Positions 1 through 9,749 of a stretch of 64,000 nt of DNA are shown here, in pieces. Made by a program: the position numbers and the translations under genes. The notes under the pieces were generated by a model. It made no database searches, had not been told where the DNA came from, and was given only the letters and a program-made list of their open reading frames with translations. The stretch lies in the NCBI GenBank assembly GCA_050015255.1, contig JBEKBT010000015.1, forward strand, positions 3,117 through 67,116. The letters are read 5' to 3'. The stretch comes from Acidimicrobiales bacterium. GTDB taxonomy: Bacteria > Actinomycetota > Acidimicrobiia > Acidimicrobiales > Bog-793. Numbering within the stretch: position 1 is the first letter of the stretch; each line of letters opens with the position of its first letter.

Positions 1-696
1 GCCGAGCTCGGTCCCGTCGAGGGCGACCGGCACCCCACGCTCGAATCCGATCGTCACCTCGAACGGCTCGGTGGCTGTGGGCACCGTCAGCGCGAAGACG
101 TCCTCGGGCGGAGCCTGCCAGGGGTCCTCGAGGACGCCGCACTCGATCGCCCGGCCCCACAAGTTGGCGTCGATGGAGTAGATCCGGTCCTTGCTCACCG
201 TGACGGCGATGTCGTGCTTGGCCGCGTAGTCGATCGTCTGTTCCCGGCTCATCCCCCAGACGCGCACCGGCGCCAGGGTCTCGAGCTCCGGGGCGAGCGC
301 CCTGGTCCCCACCTCGAAACGGACCTGGTCGTTGCCCTTGCCTGTCGCTCCGTGGGCGACCGCGGTTGCTCCATGGCGGCGTGCCGCGGCTACGAGATGA
401 CGGACGATGACCGGGCGCGACAAGGCCGAGATGAGCGGGTAACGACCTTCGTAGAGCGCATTTGCCGCAAGCGCGGGCATGGCGAAGTCCGCCAGCAGCT
501 CCTCGCGTGCATCCACGACCACGACCTCGACCGCGCCGGCGGCGATCGCCCGTTCCCGCAGGGCATCGAAGTCGACATCCTGGCCGACGTCGACTATGAC
601 CGCCACGACCTCGTAGCCGAGTTCGATCCCCAGCCAGGCGACGGCTACGGAGGTGTCAAGACCACCCGAATAGGCGAGCGCTACTCGCTTTGTCAC
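1..696 (-). CDS. argG: argininosuccinate synthase (5' part only; 3' end runs off the window start)
   Basis: Minus-strand translation from GTG at 694-696 reads VTKRVALAYSGGLDTSVAVAWLG..., with the SGGLDTS ATP-pyrophosphatase motif and N-terminus typical of ArgG. It is open at the window edge, so it is absent from the ORF track. It follows argR in an arg cluster. Confidence 0.85.
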   Translation of the reverse strand, partial: MTKRVALAYSGGLDTSVAVAWLGIELGYEVVAVIVDVGQDVDFDALRERAIAAGAVEVVVVDAREELLADFAMPALAANALYEGRYPLISALSRPVIVRHLVAAARRHGATAVAHGATGKGNDQVRFEVGTRALAPELETLAPVRVWGMSREQTIDYAAKHDIAVTVSKDRIYSIDANLWGRAIECGVLEDPWQAPPEDVFALTVPTATEPFEVTIGFERGVPVALDGTELG

Positions 697-766
697 TTGA
701 TTCCTGCCTCTCCTGTTTGTCGCCGCAGTCACGTGGGGAGCCGCCGGCGAGCGTACCTGCAGTCCG

Positions 767-1255
767 TTAGGACCGGGCTCCCCTGATCTGCTCGAGCCGC
801 TTGCCGAGCTCTTCTCCGCTGAGGTGGTCAGCGGCCACGACCAGCACCGTGTCGTCGCCGGCGACCGTGCCGATCGCCCCCTCGAGGCCGGCCCGGTCGA
901 GCGCCGACGCCACGACATGGGCCGAGCCGGGCGGTGTCCGCAGCACGAGCAGGTTGCCCGAGCTGGCGACGTCGACCACCCATTCACCGAGCACGCGCCG
1001 CAGGTGGTCCAGCGGAGCGACCTGATCCTTAGGGAGCTCCGGTACCGCGTAGACCAGCCCCTCGACGCCTGGAACCCGCACCTTCACGGCCCCGATCTCC
1101 TCGAGGTCCCGCGAGACGGTCGCCTGAGTGGCAGCGATGCCCTCCCGGCCCAGGAGCTCCACGAGCTGGTCCTGGCTCGAGACGGGATGCTCGGCCAGCA
1201 ACCGGGCGAGCAAGTGCTGGCGGCGCTGCTTTGGAGGTCTCGGGGTCGTCGTCAC
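767..1255 (-). CDS. argR: arginine repressor
   Basis: 162-aa ORF with a winged-helix N-terminus (SSQDQLVELLGREGIAATQATVSRDLEEIG) and a C-terminal effector domain (GTVAGDDTVLVV). The GTG start overlaps the argB stop (GTGA). Confidence 0.9.
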   Translation of the reverse strand: MTTTPRPPKQRRQHLLARLLAEHPVSSQDQLVELLGREGIAATQATVSRDLEEIGAVKVRVPGVEGLVYAVPELPKDQVAPLDHLRRVLGEWVVDVASSGNLLVLRTPPGSAHVVASALDRAGLEGAIGTVAGDDTVLVVAADHLSGEELGKRLEQIRGARS

Positions 1256-2187
1256 GGGACCACCATGGTGCCGACGCCTTCACTGGTGAGAAGCTCGAGC
1301 AGGATCGCATGAGCGACCCTGCCGTCGAGCACGTGGGCGCTGCTCACGCCGTGGCGCACGGCATGGGAGCAGGCCTTCGCCTTTGGCACCATGCCCTCGC
1401 CGATGGCACCAGAAGCGATCAGCTCGTCCAGGTCCTTGGCCGCGAGCTGATGGAGCAGAGTCGCCGGGTCGGCCGCGTTCGCGCGGATGCCCGCCACGTC
1501 GGTGAGGAACACGAGTTTCTCGGCCCCGAGCCTCTCGGCGATCGCTCCCGCCACCGTGTCGGCGTTGATGTTGTACGCCTGGCCGGCACGGTCCGAGCCG
1601 ATCGTGGCGACGACGGGCACGAGGCCCTCGGCGAGAAGGTGATGAACGATCGTCGGGTCGACGGCGAGAACGTCGCCGACGTAGCCCAGCTCAGGGTCGC
1701 GGGGAGTCGCCGTGATGAGCCCCGCGTCCTCCCCTGAAAGCCCGACGGCAAGCGGGCCGAGCACGTTGATCATGTCGACGATGTCGCGGTTCACCTTGCC
1801 CACGAGCACCATCCGTGCGATTTCGAGGGTCTCCGAGTCGGTCACCCGAAGCCCGTCGCGGAACTCGGGCACCTTGCCGAGGCGCGCCATGAGCGAGCCG
1901 ATCTGCGGGCCCCCGCCGTGCACCACGACCGGGAGGATCCCGATCGAGCGCAGCAGGACCACGTCCTCGGCGAACCGCTGAAGCGCCTGGGTCCCTGCTT
2001 CGGCCGCCTCGTCATGGTCCCCCGGTGTCGCCGCGGGGAGGACCTGCACCGCGGGGCCTGCGGCGGAGGCGAGGACGTTTCCCCCGTACTTGACGACGAC
2101 GGTGCATCCCTGAAAGCGCCTGATGTAGGGCAGCGCGTCGCAGAGCACGGCGGCCTTGACCGCCGCTGGCAGCTCGAGCTCGCTCAT
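1252..2187 (-). CDS. argB: acetylglutamate kinase
   Basis: Amino-acid kinase signature (VVVKYGGNVL ... VVHGGGPQI). The 402-aa track ORF is trimmed to the ATG at 2187, which overlaps the argJ stop (ATGA). The removed N-terminus is Arg/Gly-rich read-through. Confidence 0.9.
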   Translation of the reverse strand: MSELELPAAVKAAVLCDALPYIRRFQGCTVVVKYGGNVLASAAGPAVQVLPAATPGDHDEAAEAGTQALQRFAEDVVLLRSIGILPVVVHGGGPQIGSLMARLGKVPEFRDGLRVTDSETLEIARMVLVGKVNRDIVDMINVLGPLAVGLSGEDAGLITATPRDPELGYVGDVLAVDPTIVHHLLAEGLVPVVATIGSDRAGQAYNINADTVAGAIAERLGAEKLVFLTDVAGIRANAADPATLLHQLAAKDLDELIASGAIGEGMVPKAKACSHAVRHGVSSAHVLDGRVAHAILLELLTSEGVGTMVVP

Positions 2188-3353
2188 GACCGCCCCATGT
2201 TGAGCTCGACGTATGAAGGCGTGAGATCGGCGCTCAGCATCGTGGCCGAGCCCGTGCCGAGGCCGAGATCGCAGGTGATCTCGAACTGCCGGGCGGCCAG
2301 TACCTCCTTGAGCGCCTCCTCGTCGTGGTCCACCCCGACCCCATCGCGACAGACCGTCACCTTGCCGTACGCGACCGAGACCCGATCCGGATCGAACGGG
2401 GTGCCTGCGGACCCGAGCTCGCTCACGACCCGGCCCCAGTTCGCGTCCTCGCCGCACCACGAGCTCTTGACGAGCTGGCTCTCGGCCACCCGGCGGACGG
2501 CGCGCCGTGCGGATTCGCCGTCGGCCGCTCCTTGAACACGGACGCGCACCACCTTGGTCCCGCCCTCGGCATCGGCGACCATCTGCGAGGCGAGGTCAGC
2601 ACACGCCGCGCTCAGCGCCTCGGCGAGCGCCTCTTCTCCCACCTGGCGCCCGCGGCCGCTCGCCAGGAGGATCACCGAGTCGTTCGTGGACGTGCAGCCG
2701 TCGACCGTCATCTCGTTGAACGAGTGGCCCACGGCAGCGGCCAGAGCCGCGTGCAACGCCTGTGACGACGCCGAGGCATCGGTCGTGAGCACGGCGAGCA
2801 TCGTCGCCATGTTCGGCGCCAGCATCGCAGCACCCTTCGCCATCCCGCCGACGAGGAAGCCTCTGCCGTCGACGACGACCTCCTTGGTCCTCGTGTCGGT
2901 CGTCAAGATCGCGTTTGCCGCCGCCTTCGCGCACGCGGGCGACGCACCGCGCCCGCTCAGGAGCAAGGGCAGCGCCGCCTCGATCTTGCCCACCTCGAGG
3001 GGCAGGCCGATGGTGCCGGTCGAGCAGACGAGGACGTGCTCGGGGCGGACGCCGAGCGCTCGGGCCGTGACCTCGCAGGTGAGCTCGGCGTCGCGGCGAC
3101 CCTGCTGGCCCGTCGCCGCGTTCGCACAGCCGCTGTTGAGGACCACAGCCGCCGACGTCCCGCCGCTCTCGGCCAGGTGCGCCCGGCAGACATGTACCGG
3201 CGCGGCCGCCGAGAGGTTCGAAGTGAACACCGCTCCGCTCGGCACGGGTCGGGAGTCTTCCGTGGCGACGAGCGCGAAGTCCAGCTGCCCGTCGGGCTTG
3301 ATCCCGGCCGCGACGCCCGAGGCGACAAAGCCGCGCGGCGCGAGCACCGTCAC
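2184..3353 (-). CDS. argJ: bifunctional glutamate N-acetyltransferase / amino-acid acetyltransferase
   Basis: 389-aa ORF with the ArgJ self-cleavage region (PNMATMLAVLTTDA). The GTG start overlaps the argC stop. Confidence 0.92.
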   Translation of the reverse strand: MTVLAPRGFVASGVAAGIKPDGQLDFALVATEDSRPVPSGAVFTSNLSAAAPVHVCRAHLAESGGTSAAVVLNSGCANAATGQQGRRDAELTCEVTARALGVRPEHVLVCSTGTIGLPLEVGKIEAALPLLLSGRGASPACAKAAANAILTTDTRTKEVVVDGRGFLVGGMAKGAAMLAPNMATMLAVLTTDASASSQALHAALAAAVGHSFNEMTVDGCTSTNDSVILLASGRGRQVGEEALAEALSAACADLASQMVADAEGGTKVVRVRVQGAADGESARRAVRRVAESQLVKSSWCGEDANWGRVVSELGSAGTPFDPDRVSVAYGKVTVCRDGVGVDHDEEALKEVLAARQFEITCDLGLGTGSATMLSADLTPSYVELNMGRS

Positions 3354-4363
3354 GGCACGAGCCCGAGCGTGGGCAGCCCGGCGGTCTCCTCCAGGCCGAG
3401 GGCGATGTTCGCCGCCTGGATCGCCTGCCCGGCGCCCCCTTTCACGAGGTTGTCCAGCGCTGCGAGCGCCACGACGTAGCCGGTTCGTTCGTCGTAGCGG
3501 GCGGTCACGCGAACGGTGTTCGAGCCGTAGGTCTCACGAGTGGCACTCGGCTCGGGACTCACCTGGACGAAGGGCTCACCCCGGTAGGCCTCCTGCAGCA
3601 CCTCCAAGGCACGCGACGGCTCCCGGCCACCGGCGGCGCGGCCGTAGCAAGTGGCGAGGATGCCACGCGTCATCGGCGCCAGATGCGGAGTGAACAGGAT
3701 CTGTGCCCCGATGGCCTGCTCCATCTCTGGAGTGTGGCGATGCTCGAGGAGCTTGTAAGCCGAGAAGCTCTCGTTGACGACCGGATGATGGAAGCTCGCC
3801 GACGGTGCGCGCCCGGCGCCCGAGCTCCCGCTCGCGGCGTCCACGATCACCCCGGTCGCCTCGATCACTCCATTACGGACAAGAGGCTGCAACGCGATCG
3901 TGGCCGCGGTGACATAGCACCCTGGAGCCGCGACGAGCCGCGCCGTGGCGAGCTCGCGGCGGAACAGCTCGGGAAGCCCGTACACGAACTCGCCGAGCAG
4001 CCCGGGGGCTCGGTGCTCGAAGCCGTACCAAGCCGGGTAGAGCGCCGGGTCCCGGAGCCGGAAGTCGGCCCCCAGGTCGACGACGAGCTGAACACGATCT
4101 AGAAGGGCCGGGACGAGGTCCTGCGATCGACCGGACGGGAGAGCCACGAAGACCGCGTCCAGACCGTCGAAACCGCTCGGGTCGAGGGCCGTAAAGGCCA
4201 GGTCGCCGTATGCCGGCGCCAGGGAGGGATAGAGGTCGGCGAGGGCGACTCCTGCCGAGCTGTCACCTTGTGCCACCGTGACCTCGAAGCCGGGGTGGCC
4301 CGCCAGCAAGCGCAGCAATTCCGCCCCGAGATAGCCCGATGCTCCGGCGATTCCCGTCTTCAC
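3350..4363 (-). CDS. argC: N-acetyl-gamma-glutamyl-phosphate reductase
   Basis: 337-aa ORF with an N-terminal NAD(P) fold (IAGASGYLGAELLRLL) and a catalytic Cys motif (APGCYVTAA). It is the first gene of the arg cluster. Confidence 0.92.
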   Translation of the reverse strand: MKTGIAGASGYLGAELLRLLAGHPGFEVTVAQGDSSAGVALADLYPSLAPAYGDLAFTALDPSGFDGLDAVFVALPSGRSQDLVPALLDRVQLVVDLGADFRLRDPALYPAWYGFEHRAPGLLGEFVYGLPELFRRELATARLVAAPGCYVTAATIALQPLVRNGVIEATGVIVDAASGSSGAGRAPSASFHHPVVNESFSAYKLLEHRHTPEMEQAIGAQILFTPHLAPMTRGILATCYGRAAGGREPSRALEVLQEAYRGEPFVQVSPEPSATRETYGSNTVRVTARYDERTGYVVALAALDNLVKGGAGQAIQAANIALGLEETAGLPTLGLVP

Positions 4364-4399
4364 AGCATGATAATACAGTCCGTCGAGTAACTATGCAAA
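4362..4399 (-). promoter_or_regulatory. candidate argC promoter (TTGCAT-17 nt-TATTAT, 6 nt before the GTG, so possibly leaderless) overlapped by two ARG-box-like 18-mers
   Basis: This is an AT-rich patch in otherwise GC-rich DNA. The minus strand reads tTTGCATagttactcgacggactgTATTATcatgctGTG. The -35-like hexamer is at 4393-4398 and the -10-like hexamer at 4370-4375. The 18-mers TTTGCATAGTTACTCGAC and ACTGTATTATCATGCTGT, 2 nt apart, resemble the TGCAT-AT-rich-ATGCA ArgR operators. argR is encoded in the same cluster. Confidence 0.45.
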
Positions 4400-4427
4400 A
4401 GATCCGAGCAACGGGCAGCCCGGGCCC

Positions 4428-5237
4428 TCAGGCCGTGACGTCCCGGCGGACGAAGACGAGCATCGCGATCGCGACGGCCCCGGCAAGGTATGCCGACACG
4501 GTTATCACCGCCGCCGTGAAGGGAGCGCTCGCGGAACCGCCCTGGGCGATGGCCTCGAGCAGCTGTGCCGGCAGCCAGCGGCCTGTGCCGGGAACGGCGT
4601 CGGTGAGGATCGTCTCGAAGGGGAGCAGGACGGCGAGCCCTGCCGCGATCGCGATGACCGACGAGCGAAACAGCACGCCGGCGATCATGCCGATGACGGC
4701 GAACCCGCACGTGGAGATGACAAGGTCGCCGAGCAGGTTCCCGAGGTCGCTCATCCCTGCTCCAGAGGTCCACGCGCTCGTCGGGATGCTGCGCAAGTGC
4801 GCCATCACGAACGCGGCACAGATGCCGAACACCGTCGCCAACACGACGGCTCCGACGAGGAAGGTGAGCACGGCGAAGCATTTGCCGGCCATCAGCACAG
4901 AGCGGCGCGGTTGGCGGACAAGGAGATTGCGCAGTGTCCCGTGGGAGAACTCCCCACCGAACTGGAAGGCCGCGACCGAGAACGACACGGCTCCCAGCAG
5001 CACGCCCGACTGGGTGAGCCCCTGGCTGAGCCCAGAGGCATGGGCCAGCTGAGCAAGGGTCAGTGCACCGTGGGTGCCGGGATGGCGGAGCGCGCCGGCA
5101 ATTGTCACGATCGTCGTCAACATGACCACTCCGGTGATGGCGCCGTAAGTGCCGTACCAAAGTCGCCTGCGGCGCATCTTGACCCACTCGCTCACGAACG
5201 AACGCCAGATCATGGTCGTCGCCCCTTTGCGGCCCAC
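4428..5237 (-). CDS. ABC-2 type transporter permease
   Basis: 269-aa polytopic membrane protein (about 6 hydrophobic segments) immediately downstream of, and overlapping, an ABC ATPase gene. Confidence 0.7.
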   Translation of the reverse strand: MGRKGATTMIWRSFVSEWVKMRRRRLWYGTYGAITGVVMLTTIVTIAGALRHPGTHGALTLAQLAHASGLSQGLTQSGVLLGAVSFSVAAFQFGGEFSHGTLRNLLVRQPRRSVLMAGKCFAVLTFLVGAVVLATVFGICAAFVMAHLRSIPTSAWTSGAGMSDLGNLLGDLVISTCGFAVIGMIAGVLFRSSVIAIAAGLAVLLPFETILTDAVPGTGRWLPAQLLEAIAQGGSASAPFTAAVITVSAYLAGAVAIAMLVFVRRDVTA

Positions 5238-6274
5238 GAGCCGGCCTTGCGCCCGAAGCCGGTCGGGCCGGATGAAGGTCCAACCTGCCCGCTCTTGGCC
5301 CTGCCGCCGGTCCGGGTGATCTCGAAGAACGCCTCCTCGAGGGTCGAGCGCCGCTCGGCCAGGTGGACCAGGGTGATGCCGTTCGCCATCGCGAGCCGGT
5401 TCAGGTCGCCCGCCCAGCTGCAGTCGGCCACGATCTCCAAGGTCGTGCTCTCGTAGTGCCCGATCAGGCGCGCCCTCCGGCCCGTGCCTTTCACGAGCGC
5501 CAGAAGGTACCTGGCGTCTCCCGGGTTCTCCGTCCGCACGATCAGCTCGGGGGCACGGGCTGCAAGCAGCTCGTCGACTCCTCCCTCGAAGAGAAGCCGA
5601 CCCGCCTCGATGACGACGAGGTGCTCGCAGATCTGCTGGATCTCGGCGAGCAGGTGCGAGGACACGAAGACAGTCATGCCGTCATCCGCGAACGACCTCA
5701 GCATGGCACGAATCTCGGCGATCCCATACGGATCGAGCCCGTTGGTGGGCTCGTCCAGCACGAGCAGCTCAGGGCTGGGAAGCAGCGCCGCCGCGATGCC
5801 AAGTCGCTGGCGCATCCCGAGCGAGTAGGTCCGGAACGGGTCCAGGCCACGCTCGTGGAGGCCGACACGCTCCAGCACGGCGTCGACCCTCTGCGGGCGA
5901 AGGCCGCCCAGACGAGCGAGCACCATGAGGTTCTCGCGTCCCGACAACGCCGGGTAGAAAGTAGGACCTTCGATCAGGGCGCCGACGCGTGGCAGGTAGG
6001 CACGCGAGTGGCCGAGGGGATGGCCGAGCACCGTTCCCGTGCCGTCCGTCGGGCGTATGAGACCGAGCAGCATCCGGATGGTGGTGGTCTTCCCGGCGCC
6101 GTTCGGGCCCACGAAACCCGAGATCGAGCATGCAGGGATGCGGAGATCAAGCCCGTCAACCGCCAACCGCTTGCCGAAGCGCTTCGTGAGCCCGCGCGTC
6201 ACCACGGCACAACTCTCGGTCTCTTGACCGATAGCCTGCGCGACCCGCTCGGTCGCGACTGCGGCCGCGCTCAC
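5210..6274 (-). CDS. ABC transporter ATP-binding protein
   Basis: Walker A (GPNGAGKTTT), ABC signature (YSLGMRQRL) and Walker B (LLVLDEPTNGLD), plus a C-terminal accessory domain. Confidence 0.85.
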   Translation of the reverse strand: MSAAAVATERVAQAIGQETESCAVVTRGLTKRFGKRLAVDGLDLRIPACSISGFVGPNGAGKTTTIRMLLGLIRPTDGTGTVLGHPLGHSRAYLPRVGALIEGPTFYPALSGRENLMVLARLGGLRPQRVDAVLERVGLHERGLDPFRTYSLGMRQRLGIAAALLPSPELLVLDEPTNGLDPYGIAEIRAMLRSFADDGMTVFVSSHLLAEIQQICEHLVVIEAGRLLFEGGVDELLAARAPELIVRTENPGDARYLLALVKGTGRRARLIGHYESTTLEIVADCSWAGDLNRLAMANGITLVHLAERRSTLEEAFFEITRTGGRAKSGQVGPSSGPTGFGRKAGSWAAKGRRP

Positions 6275-6310
6275 CTAATGATGAAACCACAATTCTCACC
6301 CCCGGTTGGA

Positions 6311-7108
6311 TCACCCGCCGATTGCGGCCCGAATCTCGCTCACGAATGCAGCCGCGCCCTCGGGGCCGGCACCCTTGAGGAGCCGATGGACGAGCGCTGA
6401 TCCGACCACGACGCCGTCCGCGATCGCGACCACCTCCCGAGCCTGCTCCGGATTCGAGATCCCGACCCCGACGAGCACCGGGGTGTCGGTCGCGTCCTTG
6501 CACCGAGCAGCGACACCGAGGGCGGACTCCCCCAGCGTTGCCCTCTCACCGGTCACACCCATCACCCCGACGCCGTAGACAAAGCCGCGCGATCGGGCGC
6601 AGATCGCCCTCAGTCGGGCCTCGGGTGAGCTCGGCGCGACCAGCAGGACGGTCTCGATCCCGGCGAGGTCCGCTTCGTCTCCCCAACCGTCGAGCTCCTC
6701 GAGCGGCAGGTCGGGCACGATGGCCGCGGACACCCCGGCATCGGCGAGCGTGCTCGCCATCCTGCGGTGTCCCGCCCTGAACACGATGTTGTAGTAGGTC
6801 ATCACCGCCAGTGGCACGCCGGCGTCGGCCTTCGCCAAAGCCGCGATGATCCCCGAGGGCGTCGCTCCGGCGCTGAGCGCCTCGGCCGACGCCTGTTGGA
6901 TGACGGGCCCGTCCATGGCCGGGTCCGAAAAAGGGATCCCGATCTCGATCGCGTCGGCCCCGGCGGCGCCGAGTGCCTGGACGACCTCCAGCCAGTCGCG
7001 CCCGAGACCCCCTGTCACATACGGGACGAGCAGCTTGTGGCCGGCATCGCGGCGCTGCCTGAGAGCCTTCTCCAGAGCGCCGCGGGCAACTGCGGGTCCG
7101 GCTGTCAC
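6311..7108 (-). CDS. trpA: tryptophan synthase alpha chain
   Basis: Motifs LVPYVTGG and [18 protein letters not shown]. The 434-aa track ORF is trimmed to the GTG at 7108, which overlaps the trpB stop (GTGA). The removed part is Arg-rich read-through. Confidence 0.9.
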   Translation of the reverse strand: MTAGPAVARGALEKALRQRRDAGHKLLVPYVTGGLGRDWLEVVQALGAAGADAIEIGIPFSDPAMDGPVIQQASAEALSAGATPSGIIAALAKADAGVPLAVMTYYNIVFRAGHRRMASTLADAGVSAAIVPDLPLEELDGWGDEADLAGIETVLLVAPSSPEARLRAICARSRGFVYGVGVMGVTGERATLGESALGVAARCKDATDTPVLVGVGISNPEQAREVVAIADGVVVGSALVHRLLKGAGPEGAAAFVSEIRAAIGG

Positions 7109-8283
7109 AATGCCAGCTCTCTTACCAGTGCCACGTCCTTGTCGCCCCTCCCGGAAAGTGTCATCAACACCGTCGAGCCACGTGGGAGCGACTTTCCTGC
7201 CTCTCTGATCACCCAGGCGAGGGCATGCGCCGGCTCGAGAGCGGGGATGATCCCCTCGGTCTCGGCCAACAGGCGGAAGGCGGCGAGCACCTCTGCATCG
7301 TCCGCCGAAGGGTATTCGGCCCGACCTGTCGCGCCGAGGAAGGCGTGCTCGGGACCGACCCCCGGGTAGTCCAGACCGGCAGAGATCGAGGTGGCCTCGA
7401 GGATCTGACCTTCCTCGTCCTGCAGGAACCTGGACCGCATGCCGTGGACGACTCCCTGAACGCCGTTGCTCAGCGCCGCGCCCCCTGCCGCCTCGACGCC
7501 GACGAGGCGGGCACTGGTGTCGACGAAGCCTGCGAATGTGCCGGCCGCGTTCGAGCCCCCGCCGACGCAGGCCACGACGACGTCCGGATCGAGGCCACCG
7601 AGCAACTCGCGGCACTGGTTGCGCGCCTCGTCACCGATGACACCTTGCAGCTCACGGACGATACGGGGAAACGGATGCGGGCCCACGACCGACCCGATGC
7701 AGTAGTGGGTCGTCTCCACCGACGCCACCCAGTCGCGAAGCGCCTCGTTGATGGCGTCTTTCAGCGTCCGGCTGCCGGACTCCACCGGGTGCACCTGTGC
7801 GCCGAGAAGCTCCATGCGGAACACGTTGAGGCCTTGGCGCTCGACATCGACCGCACCCATGTAGACGAGGCATTCCAGCCCGAGCAGCGCCGCCGCGGTG
7901 GCGGCGGCGACGCCGTGCTGCCCGGCCCCGGTCTCGGCGATCAGGCGGCGCTTTCCCATCCGTTCGGCCAACAACGCCTGTCCGAGGACGTTGTTGATCT
8001 TGTGCGAGCCCGTATGTGCCAGGTCCTCGCGCTTGAGGAGCAGCCTCAGGCCGAGCCGCTCGCTCAGACGGCCGCACTCGGTGACCGGCGTGGGGCGACC
8101 CGCGAACTCACGCAGGAGGTCGTCCAAACGCCTCCTGAAGGCCCTGTCCGCCCAGGCGGACTCGAAGCTGGCCTCGAGTTCCTGGCAAGCCGGGACGAGC
8201 GACTCGGGCACATACCGTCCACCGAATTCGCCGAAGCGTCCCGGGCGCCCTGGATCACCCATCAATGCACCGGGTGCGCTCAA
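7105..8283 (-). CDS. trpB: tryptophan synthase beta chain
   Basis: 392-aa ORF with the PLP-lysine motif ([11 protein letters not shown]) and GGGSNA. Confidence 0.95.
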   Translation of the reverse strand: MSAPGALMGDPGRPGRFGEFGGRYVPESLVPACQELEASFESAWADRAFRRRLDDLLREFAGRPTPVTECGRLSERLGLRLLLKREDLAHTGSHKINNVLGQALLAERMGKRRLIAETGAGQHGVAAATAAALLGLECLVYMGAVDVERQGLNVFRMELLGAQVHPVESGSRTLKDAINEALRDWVASVETTHYCIGSVVGPHPFPRIVRELQGVIGDEARNQCRELLGGLDPDVVVACVGGGSNAAGTFAGFVDTSARLVGVEAAGGAALSNGVQGVVHGMRSRFLQDEEGQILEATSISAGLDYPGVGPEHAFLGATGRAEYPSADDAEVLAAFRLLAETEGIIPALEPAHALAWVIREAGKSLPRGSTVLMTLSGRGDKDVALVRELAL

Positions 8284-8936
8284 TCCTCCTCCTGCCAGTC
8301 GTAAGGGCCCTCGTCATCGGTCTCGTAGGGCTTGGGCTCGGCGCCACGAGCCGCTTGCACGAAGGCACGTACCTTGCGCGGGTCCTTTTTCCCGACGCTC
8401 GCCTCCACACCGGTGGAGACATCGACGCCCCAGGGGTGGACCGTGCGGATCGCCTGGGCCACGTTGTCGGGGTCGAGGCCTCCGGCGAGCACCAGCAGGC
8501 GTCCTTTCGGCGCACCCTCGGCGAGACGCCAGTCGAAGACCTTGCCCGATCCCGGGGACGGGGCATCCACGAGCACGATGTCAGCGCCGTACTCGGCCGC
8601 ACGGCTCAGCCGCTCGTCGCCCGCCGGGAACGCCTTTATGACAAGTGGGACCCGGACCGAGACGTACCCGCAGTCCTCGAAGGTCTCTCTCCCGTGCAGC
8701 TGGGCGGCATCGAGGCCGGCGTGGTTCACGATGTCCACGACCCTGCGTGGCTCCTCGTCGCGAAACACGCCGACGGTACAGATCTCCGGCGGCAGCCGCC
8801 GAGTGATGGCGGCCACCGCGCTCGGGCTCATCTGGCGCGGCGAAGGCGCGAACACGAACCCGACGGCGTCTGCCCCCATGGCCACCGCCAGCAGAGCGTC
8901 CTCCTCACTTGTGATGCCGCAGATCTTCACCCACAT
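8280..8936 (-). CDS. trpF: phosphoribosylanthranilate isomerase
   Basis: 218-aa ORF beginning MWVKICGIT, with FAPSPRQ and a TIM-barrel TrpF pattern. It has a 4-nt overlap with trpB. Confidence 0.85.
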   Translation of the reverse strand: MWVKICGITSEEDALLAVAMGADAVGFVFAPSPRQMSPSAVAAITRRLPPEICTVGVFRDEEPRRVVDIVNHAGLDAAQLHGRETFEDCGYVSVRVPLVIKAFPAGDERLSRAAEYGADIVLVDAPSPGSGKVFDWRLAEGAPKGRLLVLAGGLDPDNVAQAIRTVHPWGVDVSTGVEASVGKKDPRKVRAFVQAARGAEPKPYETDDEGPYDWQEED

Positions 8937-9739
8937 GACACGGTCCGCCCCAAGAACCCGGTGACAGCAGCCCGCCTGTCGCGCGAGCGCAGCAGGGCCT
9001 CACCGACAAGAACGCCGTCGAAGCCAGCTTGCGCCAGCGCGGTCACGTCAGACGCCGACTCCACGCCGGACTCGGCGATCTTCACCACACCAGAGGGGAC
9101 GTGACTCGCGACTCGCCGGGCCCGGGCCTTGTCCACCTCGAAGGTGTGCAGGTCGCGTTGGTTCACGCCCACGAGCCGAGCCCCGATTCCGAGCGCTCGT
9201 TCGAGCTCGTCCTCGTCGTGGACTTCGACAAGGGCAGCCATACCCAACTGAGTGGCGAGCCGGTGAAGCTCCGACAGCTCCGCGTCGTCGAGCAACGCGA
9301 CGATGAGCAGCACAGCGTCCGCACCCATGATGCGTGCGTCGTAGATGTCGATCGAGGCGACCGTGAAGTCCTTGCGGAGGACAGGAAGCCCGACCGCGGC
9401 CCGCGCCGACTCGAGGTCCTCCGGGCTGCCGGCGAAATGGGGACCGTCGGTCAGCACCGACAAGCAGCAGGCACCGCCCGCGGCGTACTCCCGGGCGACC
9501 TCGGCCGGGTCGAGATCCGGGGCGATATCTCCCTTTGACGGCGATCTGCGCTTGATCTCGGCGATGAGCGCTATCGGCTGGCCCCCGGCGCTCCCCGGTA
9601 GCGAGGATGCGAGCGCCCCGGTGAAGTCGCGGGGCGGCGCTGCCGAGCCGGCCTTGGTGGCGAGCTCTGTCAGGTCACGCAAATCGCATGAGGCGGCGTC
9701 ACGGTGCCACGCTCCGATGCGATCGAGATATGTGGCCAC
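8927..9739 (-). CDS. trpC: indole-3-glycerol phosphate synthase
   Basis: 270-aa ORF with motifs IAEIKRRSPSKG, CLSVLTD and VGVNQRDL. Confidence 0.9.
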   Translation of the reverse strand: MATYLDRIGAWHRDAASCDLRDLTELATKAGSAAPPRDFTGALASSLPGSAGGQPIALIAEIKRRSPSKGDIAPDLDPAEVAREYAAGGACCLSVLTDGPHFAGSPEDLESARAAVGLPVLRKDFTVASIDIYDARIMGADAVLLIVALLDDAELSELHRLATQLGMAALVEVHDEDELERALGIGARLVGVNQRDLHTFEVDKARARRVASHVPSGVVKIAESGVESASDVTALAQAGFDGVLVGEALLRSRDRRAAVTGFLGRTVSCG

Positions 9740-9749
9740 CGGCTCGAGC

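Noticed and set aside
7109-7615. Long N-terminal extensions in track ORFs. Examples are trpA at 434 aa, argB at 402 aa, hisF at 386 aa, hisA at 346 aa, hisH at 351 aa, trpE at 584 aa, hisC at 539 aa and pstA at 424 aa.
   Set aside because: The extensions are Arg-rich read-through into the upstream gene in another frame. In each case a GTG or ATG that overlaps the upstream stop codon by 4 nt gives a protein of canonical length that begins at the conserved N-terminal motif.
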